A stretch of DNA of 64,000 nt from Pachysolen tannophilus NRRL Y-2460 (lineage: Eukaryota). This document shows, in pieces, positions 1 to 14,494 of the stretch (positions are counted from its first letter, which is position 1; each line of letters opens with the position of its first letter). The stretch covers positions 898,426-962,425 of the forward strand of contig KV454011.1 in the NCBI GenBank assembly GCA_001661245.1, given 5' to 3'. A program made the position numbers and the translations under genes. Below the pieces are notes generated by a model. The model saw only the letters and a list, made by a program, of their open reading frames with translations, was not told where the DNA came from and made no database searches.

Positions 1-1051
1 AAAAAAAAAATTTAAAAAAAAATTTTTTTATTTTTTTTTTTGCTTCTTCTTTTTTCTCTGTTTTTAATTCGTCTGCATGGGACAAAAATACAAACAATAG
101 TTAAGTTTTGAGGAAACTTGAAAGATTTTCGGATTATGGTCATATTTCTTGCCTTAATTACAATAGGGTAATTTACTAAGAGAAATACCAATTGACGTTT
201 TCTATTTATATTGTGCATATAGCATATAACATCAACAACTTAATTTGCTTATAAAAACAGATCATGAATCATATATATTAATTTTCATTGACAACGCAAT
301 ATCCGTAACTTTTTAAATGGTAATCATAAGATGTCTCTCTAATTTTTAAAATTATTCCAATATTAAGTTTCTTAAACATTAATTCTTTATCTCTCTCTCT
401 TTCCATTTTTTTCTACATTACATTAACGGACATATTCAAAATATTTAATTCTTTCTCTTTTGTTTATTTATTTTGTTTTGTTTTTTGTTTTGTTTTGTTT
501 TGTTTTTTTGTTTTTTTGTTTTTTTGTTTTTTGTTTTCTTTTTTCTATGTTATGTTCTGTAACTATGCGGCAAAATATGTAGTTCAGAGTCTGGGCATAA
601 AATTTGTATTTTTGTCTTTTTCTTATTTTTTGTTATTTTTGTTATTTTTGTCTTATTATGCAGCTGCAATTAAATTTTTGTCCTGATCTGGAAGAATTAG
701 TTTCCTCTTTCGTACAAGTTATGAGGTAAATAACTATATTTAGCCATTCTGTTATTTTGGGATTTCCGCATTCGTCAATTAGGAAGTTTCAGCCCTTTCC
801 TCGAGTATCCATGGTAATAATTGATAGCGTTACTTTTGAAAAATTTTTCTTTTTTAGTCTTTTTAAAATAGAAGTCAGAATTTTCTCGATTAAATGGTTA
901 AAAAGGTATATAAAGAAACTAATTTCCCACATTCTGGTTCAAATTCTTTTCCCTTTTCCTTTTTTTTTCTTTCTTTCTTATTTATTTATCAATAATTACA
1001 GATTTTTAGATCCAACTATATACATTCGCTCACCAAATAAAACTATTAGAA

Positions 1052-1438
1052 ATGAGATTCTCAACTGTTATTGCTCCATTAGCCATTGCTTCAGTCGCTT
1101 CAGCTGCTTACGCTAACGGTACTTCTACCGTCACTGAAGATGATGTTTCAACCACCGTTGTTACCATCACCTCATGCTCCAACAATGCTTGTAGCACTGG
1201 TGCTGTTACAACTGGTGTCACCGTTGTCACTGAAACCATCTCTGGTACCATCACTGAATATACCACTTACTGCCCATTGACTGCTTCTGAATCATCAACT
1301 TCAGCTGTTGCCGCCACAAGTCTGACCACTTCATCAAACTCTACCATTTCAACATATGAAAATGCTGGTGTTAACAATGTTGCTGCTCAAGCTGGTGTTG
1401 CTGCTGTTGCCGGTGCCGTTGCTATGATGTTGTTATAA
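1052..1438 (+). CDS. CCW12: Small GPI-anchored Ser/Thr-rich cell-wall mannoprotein (Ccw12/Pga59-like)
   Basis: Signal peptide MRFSTVIAPLAIASVASA; flocculin type-3-like STTVVTITSC...EYTTYCPL repeat; C-terminal YENAG plus hydrophobic GPI signal; strongly biased codons; next to AVL9 (close neighbours in S. cerevisiae). Confidence 0.7.
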   Translation: MRFSTVIAPLAIASVASAAYANGTSTVTEDDVSTTVVTITSCSNNACSTGAVTTGVTVVTETISGTITEYTTYCPLTASESSTSAVAATSLTTSSNSTISTYENAGVNNVAAQAGVAAVAGAVAMMLL

Positions 1439-2437
1439 GCAAATTCCAAATTTTTTATTGTTTTTAAAAAAGGGGTTTCTTGTAATTAATTGATTAGATT
1501 TTTATTATTTTAATAAGTTTTTTTTTACAGGTTTTTAAATTTTTCTTCGTTCTACTTTTCAATTTTCTCGTTAGCATGAACAAGTGTTGTGTGTTATAAT
1601 TTTTAATAACTATTTTTATCGTTATTTTTTGGAGGTACAATTTTTACTTTGTAGGACAATAATTAAATTACAATTTAATATATTTAGACCTTTATAAAGA
1701 AATATAATCTCTTGTGAAGATGATATCATCTTTATCATTATTATTTCCAAATTTAAATAATGTTAAATTATTAACATGTTTATTACCTCTTCTTTTTTTT
1801 TTTCATGATTTTCATGATTTTCAATTTTTTATGACTCTTTACAATTATTTTGGGTAAATTGAAGGCGTTCTTCTTAACGGCAAATTGTCTTTCTTCGAAT
1901 GTAGATCACAGATTGTTAAAGTGGTCAATTTAAATGCGGTCTTTTTTTAGTTACTTACCTTAAAATGCGTATTTTTATTTTTTTTTTGAGTACATCTGAG
2001 TATATTTGACCCGTTTAAGCTTAACGGACAGAATTTAAAGAAGGAAAAAGTGCAACAATTTCCGAAGCCGGGCAGACGGTTTTACATATAAATGTTTGTT
2101 AACAAAACATATTATATTACCCTGTTTGGTTAATAAAGTAAATGGTTAAATAACATTGAAAGGAGAATGAATAATAATAATAATAATAATAATTTTGAAA
2201 AAACTTTATAAATCTGACTAAATTAACTAAATGAAGTTATATTTTTAGGAATTGGATCAAATTTAAGATCTGGCCCAAAAAAAAAAAAGAGAAAGGGAAA
2301 AAGGGAAAAAGGGAAACAAAAAAATAATCAAAATCAGCAATGTATGTATGTAGATAGGTAATTAGGTAAGTAGGTACAATCTCATTTTTTCTTTTCAGAA
2401 GTAATTGTATCTCAAGCATTAAAATTTTCTTTTTCTT

Positions 2438-4699
2438 TCATTGTAAATTGTTATTATTATCTTCTTTGTTTATCTGTGATTTTTTTAATTGGGACCATGA
2501 AGTCCAGCCATTTAAAAAATTTTTGGTATTACTTGCAGTAGAGTTCTTATCTGCACTGTTACTCTCCGCAGTAGTTGTACTACTTAAATCTTCGTTATCA
2601 ATTAATTCAATTGGTACTGCCAGTTCTGAGTCCGAAAAATCCTGTTTTTCTTCTTTTACTTTTCCCCCTTGCTCATGATCCTTTAATTGCAGTTGCAGTT
2701 GCAGTTGCAGTTGCAGATGCAAATGTTGTTGTTGATGGTAAAATTCACGTTTCTGTTTTAAATCAACAATAGTCTTGGAAAATTTTTCCTTTTGACTTGT
2801 GTAGAAATTATTGAAAAAATTAGAATTACCACTATTACTAGAATTATGAAGAAGTAAACCAACATGAACAGGTTCAAATTGTCCTTGCATGTTAAAAATC
2901 TCATCATATGAACTTTCATTAAAAATTCTAAAATTTGTAGTTTGTTTCCATTCATTGATGAAATTCAAATTAAAATATGAAATATGATTTGGCTTCATAT
3001 TATCTTTAGGGGCTCTGAAACCATTTGTATTATCTGAATTTAATGATTGTAATTGTGTTTGGTTGGCATTACTTAAGAAATAATCATATTTAACACTTGA
3101 TAACATCCCAACCAAATAATTTTCAAAATTATTTCTTATATAATCGTCCACTATTGAATCCAAATACATTGCACTTGATGATATTATCTTATCCTTGTTT
3201 AACTCTGCTACAGTGGTATCTGATTCTATTCCAAATTCATTCCCATTGCTATTTCTTTCAACTTGTTTAATAATTTCATCAATGAAAAATTTATCTTGAG
3301 ATGTTAACGATAATTTTTTTTCTAAATCTTTATCAACAATTTCAATTGAATTTTTCCCCTGTGGATGATCAATATAAACAATCAAATCAGCAATTTTATT
3401 CTTTTGATCCAACAATAAGCCATTAGAAGTACCAATCATATACCATTTTGTTTCTTCATCGTATAAATAATCTAATTGTTGTAAAACCAAGTAAGGTTGG
3501 AAAAATCCACCTTTATTAAAAATTTGTAAAGGCAAACCTAAAAATTTAAGTTTTGAGTTACGATTTGATAAACTTACTGATGAAGGTTTTGTTAAATTCT
3601 TTGATAAATTTTCCAAATTAGAAGCACCACAATCATGTAAATTTAACATTAAATTTGGAATGAGTGATAATATGGAAAATTGATAATTTGATAATTTTAA
3701 TAAATTTTTACTAAAAATTAAAATTCTTTTCTCTAACATTAACGCTTTAAAAATTATTAACAAATCTCTTTTATAATTTAAAATTAATTCTTTTAAATTT
3801 AATCCCATATAAAAATCTGATTCATGAAGTATTCCAATTGATTTTCCATTATTATTTGCAGGATTTGTAGCAATACTACTTGGCATACTATCATCTTTTT
3901 CTTCTTGAAATATAATTCCATTATTGTTATACAATATATTAACATTATCAAACAACTGTTTTATAATTAATTTGTCATCGAAATCGCGTTGTTCAAAAAA
4001 ACTCTTGGTAATAATACTCAATTTTTCTCGAAGTTGAATCGTTATAGGATAACTAGAGATTATCACCACTGATTTCTGAACTATAGACCGTGTTTGATCT
4101 TCCTTCCTATGAAGTAATTCTGCACTTTCTAGTTGCCTAATACACGCACATCCAAACAAAGTTGTCATTTCATTTTCTTCGTTAACGGTATTATTGCTAT
4201 CATCATCATTTTTTTTTGAATTTACTTCCACTGATTTTGGATCATATAATAATGTAAAGTTTGAAAAAGTTTCTTCAAATAAATGAGCACCATCAGGTAA
4301 TGATTGAAATGGTAAGTTGGGCCAAATCTTAGTAAACTTAGCAATCTGTGATGCTTGAGAAGTCTCTGGTGTAGTATTAGAATCAATCCAATATTCAATC
4401 TCTGGTCCTCTGGTATGATGGAAATCAACAACGCATATCCCAAAAATTAATTTCTTATCCTTTAAATCTATAGATGGTTGCTGCAATTGCTGATGTCGCC
4501 TTATTATTTCATTTTCTTGTGGTGTTGTGAACATACTTTGTGTATTATTAATATCCTGGTTTGCGGTGACAGTATCATCATCCTTTTCTTGTATTTCTTC
4601 CTCCGATGAAAGTACTCCATTCTCATCATCATCAATAACAGACACCCATGGGTTTTCTGCTATAGGTGGCATATCTTCTTCCATTCCATTGAACGCCAT
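2438..4699 (-). CDS. AVL9: Avl9 DENN-like late secretory pathway protein
   Basis: ICVVDFHHTRGPEIEYW, LPFQSLPDGAH, QKSVVI, FKALMLEKR, GLPLQIFNKG motifs. Confidence 0.9.
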   Translation of the reverse strand: MAFNGMEEDMPPIAENPWVSVIDDDENGVLSSEEEIQEKDDDTVTANQDINNTQSMFTTPQENEIIRRHQQLQQPSIDLKDKKLIFGICVVDFHHTRGPEIEYWIDSNTTPETSQASQIAKFTKIWPNLPFQSLPDGAHLFEETFSNFTLLYDPKSVEVNSKKNDDDSNNTVNEENEMTTLFGCACIRQLESAELLHRKEDQTRSIVQKSVVIISSYPITIQLREKLSIITKSFFEQRDFDDKLIIKQLFDNVNILYNNNGIIFQEEKDDSMPSSIATNPANNNGKSIGILHESDFYMGLNLKELILNYKRDLLIIFKALMLEKRILIFSKNLLKLSNYQFSILSLIPNLMLNLHDCGASNLENLSKNLTKPSSVSLSNRNSKLKFLGLPLQIFNKGGFFQPYLVLQQLDYLYDEETKWYMIGTSNGLLLDQKNKIADLIVYIDHPQGKNSIEIVDKDLEKKLSLTSQDKFFIDEIIKQVERNSNGNEFGIESDTTVAELNKDKIISSSAMYLDSIVDDYIRNNFENYLVGMLSSVKYDYFLSNANQTQLQSLNSDNTNGFRAPKDNMKPNHISYFNLNFINEWKQTTNFRIFNESSYDEIFNMQGQFEPVHVGLLLHNSSNSGNSNFFNNFYTSQKEKFSKTIVDLKQKREFYHQQQHLHLQLQLQLQLQLKDHEQGGKVKEEKQDFSDSELAVPIELIDNEDLSSTTTAESNSADKNSTASNTKNFLNGWTSWSQLKKSQINKEDNNNNLQ

Positions 4700-4937
4700 C
4701 TCTTTCTCTTATACTTCTTCTTCTTCTTTTTCTTCTTCCTGGCAATTATTATTTGTATTGTATTTTGGTTTTTTTTCGATGAGAAACTACGTAATTTCTA
4801 TATGAGGAATTTTTTTTTTTTATATTTTTTTTTCACTATTTTTATTATGTCAAGAAGATCATATATATATATTAATAATATTACAACAGACTATTTAGTA
4901 ATTAAGTTAGCTATATTGAATGGGACCCTTCTCGTGA

Positions 4938-6256
4938 TTAGTGTTCGCCTCTCTTGCGTAATTGAGAGATGTGGTACAATGGATAAAACAGTTTTGTGGT
5001 GTCAACATCACAGATACTATTTTGTGAGATAGAATCTTGTAAATTTGCATCGGCTTCAGTGTTGGAAAATTGACCTGTTTGAGCATTTATTTTGAAAAAT
5101 TTTAATAATTTGTTGTTATCGTTATCGAACGATAAAATTAAATGGTCTCCTGTTAAATCTGATGTTATATCGACTATGCTATTGTCTGTTTCTAATAATT
5201 GATCGAAAACAATTTTCCCACTTTCTTCTAAATTAAGTATTAAAAGTGAATGATTTTTTTCTGTTAATACACATAATTTCAGGAAATCATTTTTTTTCAA
5301 TGCAATAATCTTAACCACATTTACTAGTTCTGTATCTTTGGATATGTATTCTTTGATGTCAAATCTGAAAAGTAAGCAGTCGTTGGAAGTTTCTTTGGAC
5401 CAATCCCAACTTCTAATGTACTCATCACCTCCCCCGCTTATCAATAAATCGGGTTTCCACCAAGGTATACATAATGATGAGACAAACTCCTCATGATCGA
5501 AAAGCCACTTATCAATCACATAGGAAAGAGGGAAATTTGTCACTCTTATATGTTCGTCTCTATCGGCAGTAATAATAAACTCTTTTTGATTTCCACCTTC
5601 TCTAGTACTGATTCCTATTACTGCATCGGTCAACATTGAAACATGACCTAAAATTGGTACCAAATCTTTTGTAGGAATGATTTCTTGTGAAGCAATTGGT
5701 AAAGAATAAGCATCTCCAAATTTGTCACCAACAATTATAAACTCATCGTTATAATTGGTAGAAATTGTACATGGTCTTTTAGGAAATGGTTGCCTCTTGA
5801 TCAATTTCAATGCTGGTGGTACTCTTTGATCATCTCCAGAACTGCCATCAAATAACGAAAATACAACTATGGCCTTATCTGAATCGGTGGTACCGATTAA
5901 ATACTGCTCATTTCTAGAAAGTTTTAAAGTCCTGATATAATTATATACAGTTGGAGCTCCCGCACCAGGTACTGGAATCTTGGGAATCTTATTCTTTTTT
6001 TTTTCTTTTTCTTTGGACCGTCACTCACCCCACCCTCATGAGTTTCTTCTATTTCTTTCTGTTGCTGTTCCAATTCCAACTGTTTGATCTTTTCCAGCTG
6101 CTGTTGTTTTAAAGTTATATCGACATCCACATCATCAGTCCATGTGCTCACTAGTTCACCTGTACAAGTCTTGAAAATTTGAATATGATTCTTCACTGAT
6201 GTGAAAAGGTACTCCCCCTTTTTATCCGTGACTATGATTTGAAATGGATGTTTCAT
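4938..6256 (-). CDS. TRM82: tRNA m7G46 methyltransferase WD40 subunit Trm82 (~439 aa); apparent -1 frameshift at A10 run 5995-6004
   Basis: N-terminus MKHPFQ; after a -1 shift the frame reads KIPVPGAGAPTVYNYIR...TTDSDK and continues into KRQPFPKRP, GDKFGDAY, LGHVSMLTD, ADRDEHIR, LRKRGEH. Joins ORFs 5924-6280 and 4938-5810. Confidence 0.88.
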
Positions 6257-6354
6257 GGCTGATATATAATCAAAGGACATATATATATATATATATAATA
6301 TAAATATTTTACGAAACAGTTTTTTTTTCGGTACTAAATCTTGTTAGTTTCTCT

Positions 6355-6367
6355 GATGAGATGCGTG

Positions 6368-6375
<8 letters not shown>
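6355..6375. promoter_or_regulatory. PAC (GATGAG) + RRPE (TGAAAATTTT) ribosome-biogenesis elements upstream of TRM82
   Basis: GATGAG 6355-6360 and TGAAAATTTT 6366-6375, about 100 bp upstream of the TRM82 start, next to a poly-T tract. Confidence 0.7.
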
Positions 6376-6403
<28 letters not shown>

Positions 6404-6587
6404 GGTTTTCTTTCGGTACTTTTGAAGTAAATGATTTGATTTTACTCAAGTTTTCACAAGTTTTGAAAAGGCAAAATCAACTCTAGATGAACTCTTATTG
6501 CAATACGAGTAAACAAGAATGTAATCTCAATTCAATTTGGATGTAAAAAATGAATTGAGTAAGAAAAAAAAAAATTAAAAAAGAAAG

Positions 6588-6661
6588 TGCTCTCGGCGAG
6601 GCTCGAACTCGCGACCTTCAGATTATGAGACTAACGCTCTAGCCAACTGAGCCACGAAAGC
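6588..6661 (-). tRNA. tRNA-Met(CAU), elongator type
   Basis: Reverse complement GCTTTCGTGGCTCAGTTGGCTAGAGCGTTAGTCTCATAATCTGAAGGTCGCGAGTTCGAGCCTCGCCGAGAGCA: cloverleaf, CAT anticodon, GTTCGA T-loop, G1-C72. Confidence 0.95.
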
Positions 6662-6907
6662 AGTTTCTTGTGAACGGCGGAAGAATCTCTTAGTATATGG
6701 AGAATACAACGACCAAAATAAAAAAACTGGAAAATAATGATTAAATTGAATTTATCAGAAAACTAATAGATAGACAGAAAAGAAGGTTTGAATTACGAGT
6801 TTTCATTAAAGCTTCAACACTTTTTTATTTTTAAGATACACATAAAAAAAAAAAAAAATTTTCAAATTAAATTACACTTTTGTTTTTTTTTCTCTTTTTT
6901 TTTGGAG

Positions 6908-8356
<1,449 letters not shown>

Positions 8357-9396
8357 CTATAATTTATAAATATTTATAAAATTTTCATATATATAATTAT
8401 TGAACAAAAAAAGAAAAAAAATTTAAAAAAACAGTGAAAAAAACTCAAAAATTGCCTAAAACGGATATTTGATATTTAGGTGCACGATAGTGACAATAAA
8501 GAAACAAGAGATGACGATGACACAACTACCAGTGACACGATTGTTGGTGACACACTACTAATGCAAAAATGGGTCATTAAATGAACCAGTAATGTGGATT
8601 ATCAATAGGAAACCAAAAAAAAAAAAAAAGAAAGCAAAAACTGCAGTTGTACAGTAAGTAAATATCTAAGTCAGAGCTCAGTGGCCATAGTGAAATAGGA
8701 GGTATTTATCTGCTCAAAGAATTAGGAATTAGGAATTGCGAGTTGCGAATTGGTAGTAACAAAATCAATTCAATTACTATTCCTAATTAGGAAACTGATA
8801 ATCATCTAAATACTCGTGCTAATCGGCCACAATGTTTTTTTTTTTTTATATAATTTTTTCTTGGCTGTTTGGGGGCCATGGACCGATAAGCAAGGGGCCG
8901 TATGTATATTTGATCTATCTATTATTCAGTCGATTCAATTTACTTGGTTTTTTTTTTTTTTTTTTTTTTGCAGCAAAGTTACATGAGAATATAAAGAGCA
9001 CTAATAAAACCAAGTTTGGGATAAAGAGAGGAAATATGTTTTCTTTTTTTTTGAATTTGATTATGTAGGATCCTCTTCCCACTACCTTAGTTCAACCGAA
9101 ACCGATCGGCTATAGTCAAATTAGTTGTAAACTATTTATTTCCAACTCTAATTCTATGTGACCGGTTTTGGCGCCTCTAGCCTCGAGCATCGAGCCTCGC
9201 AGAAACCGTAAACCGTAAGCCATATCTTTCTCACCAATTTTTCTTATATATTTCTTTTCCTTTGGCAATGTCTTTCTTTCTTTTGTCTGGATTAGTTTGT
9301 TTTATTAAATTAAAAACTATTTAATCATTAAACAACGACGATATATGAGTATAAGAGTTATTCAGATAAGGAAAAGAAAAAGAAAAATTATGGAAA

Positions 9397-10707
9397 ATGG
9401 CGGATATCAAATTAGAGCCAGCCGATCTGAGATCAGAAAATTATGGTGATTATAATGATTTATTAAAGCAAGAATTTAAAGGGAAGAATAATAATAATAT
9501 TAGTTTAGAAGATTTAAAAGAAACAAATATTAATGATAATATTGATTTTTACAAAAAATTTTTTGATAAAAATTCAAAAGAATTTGAAAAGGAAAAAAAT
9601 AAAACAGAAGAAGATGAAGATTTAAAAATTTTTAAATCAATTTTTTCAAAAAATAAACCACAAAGAAAACCAAAATTATCTTTTAGACCTCCAAATGGAT
9701 CGATTTTAAAAATAACAGATTTTAATTCAAAATTACCATTAATTGATCAAGATTCTTATATGGATTTGGATGATATTTCATTTTTAAATCATAGTCTTAT
9801 TAATTCTAAAAAAATAGTTGTCGTGTCTGGTGCAGGTATATCTGTTGCTGCAGGAATACCAGATTTTAGATCTTCAAATGGATTATTTCAAGGACTTTCA
9901 GATCAAACTACAAAAGGAGGAAATGGGAAACAGTTATTTGATTATCAATCTGTTTATAGATCACCTGAACTAATGGTGAAGTTCCATGAAATGGTGAAAA
10001 GTTTATTTAAGATGTCATTAGCATATAAACCAACTTTATTTCATAAATTTTTAAATTATTTATCAATGGATAGTAGATTATTAAGATTATATACACAAAA
10101 TATTGATTGTTTTGAAACACAGTTATCACAGTTACAAACAAATATTCCTCTTTCATCGCTAGACGATGCTCCAAAGACTATCCAATTGCATGGTAACGTT
10201 CAAATTATGGGATGTACAAAATGTAAATACATTTCTAAATTAAATCCCGAAATTTTTAATAGCCTTTCAAATAATACTGAATTACCAATATGTCCAGAAT
10301 GTGAAGAAATGGAAACTGTTAGAAAAGTTGTTGGTAAGAGATCTGTTGGTTGTGGAAATTTACGTCCAAGAATTGTATTATATAATGAATTTCATCCCGA
10401 TGGTGAAATAATAGGTTCTATATCTTCTAAAGATTTATTGAGAAAACCAGATTCTTTAATAATTGTTGGAACAACTTTGAAAATTCCAGGAGTTAGAAGA
10501 TTAGTTAAAGAACTCACCAGAGTTGTACATTATAATAAAGGTTGCGTAATATGGATAAATATTGAAGAACCATCTATGTCAGTCGTTGATTATTTAGAAT
10601 TCATAGATCTCATAGTTGTTGGTGACTGTCAAGATATCCCTTTAATACTAGAAAAGTATCTGTTGGAAATTGATCAAATTAAAAAATTCAAAAAACAAAG
10701 AGCTACC

Positions 10708-10743
<36 letters not shown>

Positions 10744-10896
10744 CCATTGAAAAGAGTCGCAAAGGAAAATTCAAAGAAATATGAAAAAATTCAATCAAGT
10801 TTGGATATTAAACATGGTTCTTTGAAGTTGCAAGATAAAAAAAAACCCGTAAATACAAATAATCCAGCAGTTGGTAAAGTTACAAAAAACAAATAA
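9397..10896 (+). CDS. HST4: Sirtuin NAD-dependent deacetylase Hst4
   Basis: VVVSGAGISVAAGIPDFRS, YTQNID, LHG, two CxxC pairs, LRPRIVLYNEFHPDG; divergent from RVB1 as in S. cerevisiae. Confidence 0.88.
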
Positions 10897-11047
10897 TTAC
10901 CTGTAATCATGGTGATAATTAGATTTAACATTTCCACTCTTCCTACGAGTATATAATTTAAAAATTAAGTTATTATATTAGCTTTTAGTTTTTATTGTAA
11001 ATTGTTTAAGCACTATATTAAAATCACCTTTTTTTTAACCCTATTAA

Positions 11048-11929
11048 TTACTCCTCTTCAAGTTCAACCTCATCATTTGGTTCCTTTGGTTCTTGAGCTT
11101 CTCCCCATTGTGTAACATCGTCTATATACGATAATATAGTTGCAACACTATCATAATTATCATTTTTTGTAGAGCAATCCAAAGGTAAAAACTGCACCAT
11201 TCCAAAATCATCCACCAATTGTGCTATCGACCTACTCAATTTTGCAAATTTTTCATTGTCTTGGAAAAAATCAATCTTTCTTGATACTATATCTTCATCT
11301 TTTATTACACCCCTGCCATTTCCTTTAACATCTGCCAAAAGCATTGGATCTGGGTTCAAGAATTTCTTTAACTCCTTTTTCGAAACTTTATCCTTTATCA
11401 AGTCCAATTTACTCAAGATATTTATATGTGGAAGTTCTAAATGAACCATTGCTGACATTGCACTTAAAGCACCGCTGAAAAATTTTGATCTATCAGTGAT
11501 AAAAGGAGCTTCCAACAAGTAACAAGCACAAAGACTGAAATTCAAGTGTTGCTGTAAATGTTTAACTAACATAGGTAATACTGGGACATGATTATACAAT
11601 TCTATTTGCCCAGGGCAATCAAATATCAAATATTCATCATTATAATCACCAATCTCATCGTCAAGCCAATCTAAGTTCTTCATTAAAAATTCAAAACAGT
11701 ATATCAAAGCACCGTTGGGACCTAGGTTTAATTCATCCATAACATCCTGTACAGAGATTAAGTCTCTTATATCAATAGTAAATTCATATTCTGTAGGTTC
11801 AGCAGCAGGATCTAAATTGACAATATGAGCTCTGCGGCCAATCGATTGCATATATGATATTATCGAATTACAAAAAGTCGACTTTCCTACCCCAGCAGGT
11901 CCTAAAGTCAATACACCAACTCTTGACAT
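11048..11929 (-). CDS. GPN3: GPN-loop GTPase Gpn3
   Basis: [36 protein letters not shown]. Confidence 0.95.
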   Translation of the reverse strand: MSRVGVLTLGPAGVGKSTFCNSIISYMQSIGRRAHIVNLDPAAEPTEYEFTIDIRDLISVQDVMDELNLGPNGALIYCFEFLMKNLDWLDDEIGDYNDEYLIFDCPGQIELYNHVPVLPMLVKHLQQHLNFSLCACYLLEAPFITDRSKFFSGALSAMSAMVHLELPHINILSKLDLIKDKVSKKELKKFLNPDPMLLADVKGNGRGVIKDEDIVSRKIDFFQDNEKFAKLSRSIAQLVDDFGMVQFLPLDCSTKNDNYDSVATILSYIDDVTQWGEAQEPKEPNDEVELEEE

Positions 11930-12208
11930 TCTTTATTCTAATACCGCTTCTATTGCTGCTCCAGAACTTGATACATACAAACTTATATATATATATATAT
12001 ATAGATAGAGATATTTATAATGTTATATATATATAATGTGATAGTTTGTATTATATTTTAAATCATCAGAAAAAAATTTTTTTGTACCATAAAAAGAGCC
12101 CTTGATAACTAAAAGACGACAAGAAATTACAGATGCGAGTTAAAGATCAACTAATATATAATTCAAAGAGAAGAAAGAGAAAGCAAAAAATGTGTTTATA
12201 ATAATATC

Positions 12209-14494
12209 CTATTGTTCTACTTGAGCAACTATGCCACTATTCTTCCTGCACCAACAGAAATCATCCATTTCATTTTCAAACTGTATGTACACTTTTTCAA
12301 ATACATTTTCATAATTCTTGATTAACCCATGAACACTATCTCTTAATGCCAAAGTGTTATTGCCGTAGTTTTTATAGAACTGAACATGTAGATAGCCAGT
12401 CAATTTATCAGTTTGATCATTTATTCCACTAGGCCAGAATCTTGGTGTGGAATATGTCTTTATGCCATCAATCTTCATTAATTCTTGGAAAAACTCATTT
12501 TTCAAGAAAACCGTTTGTTTGTTTGAAAGTGATAGTAATAGGTTTTTAGTTGAGCTTCGCAATAATGGGAATGATGACAGTAATATTAATGAAGCAATTA
12601 GAATCGATGTAATTGGGTCTAATATTTGTACATTGAAAAATTTGATAAAAATTGTAGAAATAATGACCCCAGCAGAACCTAAAGTATCAGCTAGTATGTG
12701 AAGTAAAATACCATGCATATTGTCGCTTAGATGATTTTCTTCTTCTTCTGAATGTGCATGTGAGTTGGTCAGAAGATGTGATGCTGGTTCCTCATGATGA
12801 TCATGAGCTTGTTCATTTTCTCCTGCCCCCTCACTATGAGCATGGTCATGGTCATGGTCATGAACATGAGCTTGAGCATGAGAATGAGAATGAGAATGCG
12901 AATGTCCACTATGACCATGTGCATCATGTGAATGATTAAATGCAAATATACCAACTAAATTGACTATAAACCCTAACACACTTACAATCAACAATTCGTT
13001 CGTTTTCTGTAAGTCAACAGGATTCAATAACCTTTGAATACTTTCAATATATATACCACCAACGATACCAATCAATAGACTACCATTGGTAAATCCAGCA
13101 AGAGTTTCAATTCTGCTTAGGCCAAATGGAAATTCATTAATTTCAAAATTATCTGTTTGGTTCTTATAAGCTGGTAGTTGTGATTTATTTTTACGTTTAA
13201 TTGCATCATTTTTACTGACCAAACTGGCTAGCAACCCTAAGAATAAAGACGTACAGTCTAAAAACATGTGTAAAGAGTCACTGAGTAAACTGAGAGATTT
13301 TGATCTAAATGAATATAATAGTTGAATAAACATAAAAGATGAATTGAGTAATAGGAATTGAAATATGGATTTTGTTTCCTTAGATGAAAACAATTGAGTT
13401 AACAACGATATTGTGGTATCTTGCCTTTTTTCATTTTTTTTAGAAGCGTCCTTTTCTAATATAGATGATACAGCTTCTGCTTCCGCACTGAAATCAAAAC
13501 AATCATTATCATTGGGTGTTATAATGAAAAAAATTACAATGTTGACGCAAATTTCTAACAAGTTGGAATATAAATAATTGAATAAAGTTGTAGTTTTTTT
13601 AATTTCATTTTGATGAATATGTGGATGATTAGATTGAATTATAACATAATTTATCAATAGACAAATTAGATTAATAAGTATTAGATTTAATTTATAATTT
13701 TTCAAAAATAAAAACTTGTTGAAAAAACTAACTTGAATACCACTTTTGGAAGACCTGTTTAGTTGGGATACTATCAATATCATCAATGAACCAGCACTTG
13801 TGATAAGAAAACTGAGGTTGTTAACGGAATCTCCGTTAAAAAGGAAAAGTGATATCAATGAAATACAAATCAACAAACCTGAAGTGGCCATTCGTGGTAT
13901 TGCTTTCAAATTATTTATAAAAGCATCATTACCTGCTATTATTAAAAATTTGTTCAATGGTAATAGTAATAATAAATACCCAAATATAGTATCCATGACT
14001 TTCTTTCCAAAATATAAATCATAACAGAGGAAAAACCCCAATATACCATAATTTTGAAAATTTATCAATTTCGTCTTAGAATTAAATTTTAATTCTTTTA
14101 AAGTAACTTTATTATACAAGTTATAATTGTTTATAACCAAACCTACCAATACCAAATTAATCAATCTTACTGGGTTATTTAAAAAACTATTAGACATGAA
14201 GATTGCAAAAATTGAAAACAACCAAATCAACTGGTCCATCACAGAAGGTGTGGGACTCTTAGTATTACCTATCTCTATCACATTCAACCCCACTATTGTA
14301 GATAATGAAAGACATAGCACTGATGTCAATATGAAACTTGACTGAATGGATAACACGTAATCATTAATACCATCTATTTGCGTCATTAACCTCAAAGAAA
14401 GGAACAACGTTGGAAGAGATAAAAAAAGCGGCGATAGTTCAATTAAATTTTCTACTGTTGAATGCTCTCTTAGCACATCTTCTAACTCCACCAT
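12209..14494 (-). CDS. MSC2: ER cation diffusion facilitator zinc transporter Msc2
   Basis: Multi-TM N-terminal half; LLSDSLHMFLDC; FPFGLSRIETLAGFTN; His-rich loop; NMHGILLHILADTLGS. First ATG at 14494. Confidence 0.88.
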   Translation of the reverse strand: MVELEDVLREHSTVENLIELSPLFLSLPTLFLSLRLMTQIDGINDYVLSIQSSFILTSVLCLSLSTIVGLNVIEIGNTKSPTPSVMDQLIWLFSIFAIFMSNSFLNNPVRLINLVLVGLVINNYNLYNKVTLKELKFNSKTKLINFQNYGILGFFLCYDLYFGKKVMDTIFGYLLLLLPLNKFLIIAGNDAFINNLKAIPRMATSGLLICISLISLFLFNGDSVNNLSFLITSAGSLMILIVSQLNRSSKSGIQVSFFNKFLFLKNYKLNLILINLICLLINYVIIQSNHPHIHQNEIKKTTTLFNYLYSNLLEICVNIVIFFIITPNDNDCFDFSAEAEAVSSILEKDASKKNEKRQDTTISLLTQLFSSKETKSIFQFLLLNSSFMFIQLLYSFRSKSLSLLSDSLHMFLDCTSLFLGLLASLVSKNDAIKRKNKSQLPAYKNQTDNFEINEFPFGLSRIETLAGFTNGSLLIGIVGGIYIESIQRLLNPVDLQKTNELLIVSVLGFIVNLVGIFAFNHSHDAHGHSGHSHSHSHSHAQAHVHDHDHDHAHSEGAGENEQAHDHHEEPASHLLTNSHAHSEEEENHLSDNMHGILLHILADTLGSAGVIISTIFIKFFNVQILDPITSILIASLILLSSFPLLRSSTKNLLLSLSNKQTVFLKNEFFQELMKIDGIKTYSTPRFWPSGINDQTDKLTGYLHVQFYKNYGNNTLALRDSVHGLIKNYENVFEKVYIQFENEMDDFCWCRKNSGIVAQVEQ

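Noticed and set aside
12..1051. Short F/K-rich ORFs here and in other intergenic regions
   Set aside because: Translations of poly-A/T tracts and microsatellites.
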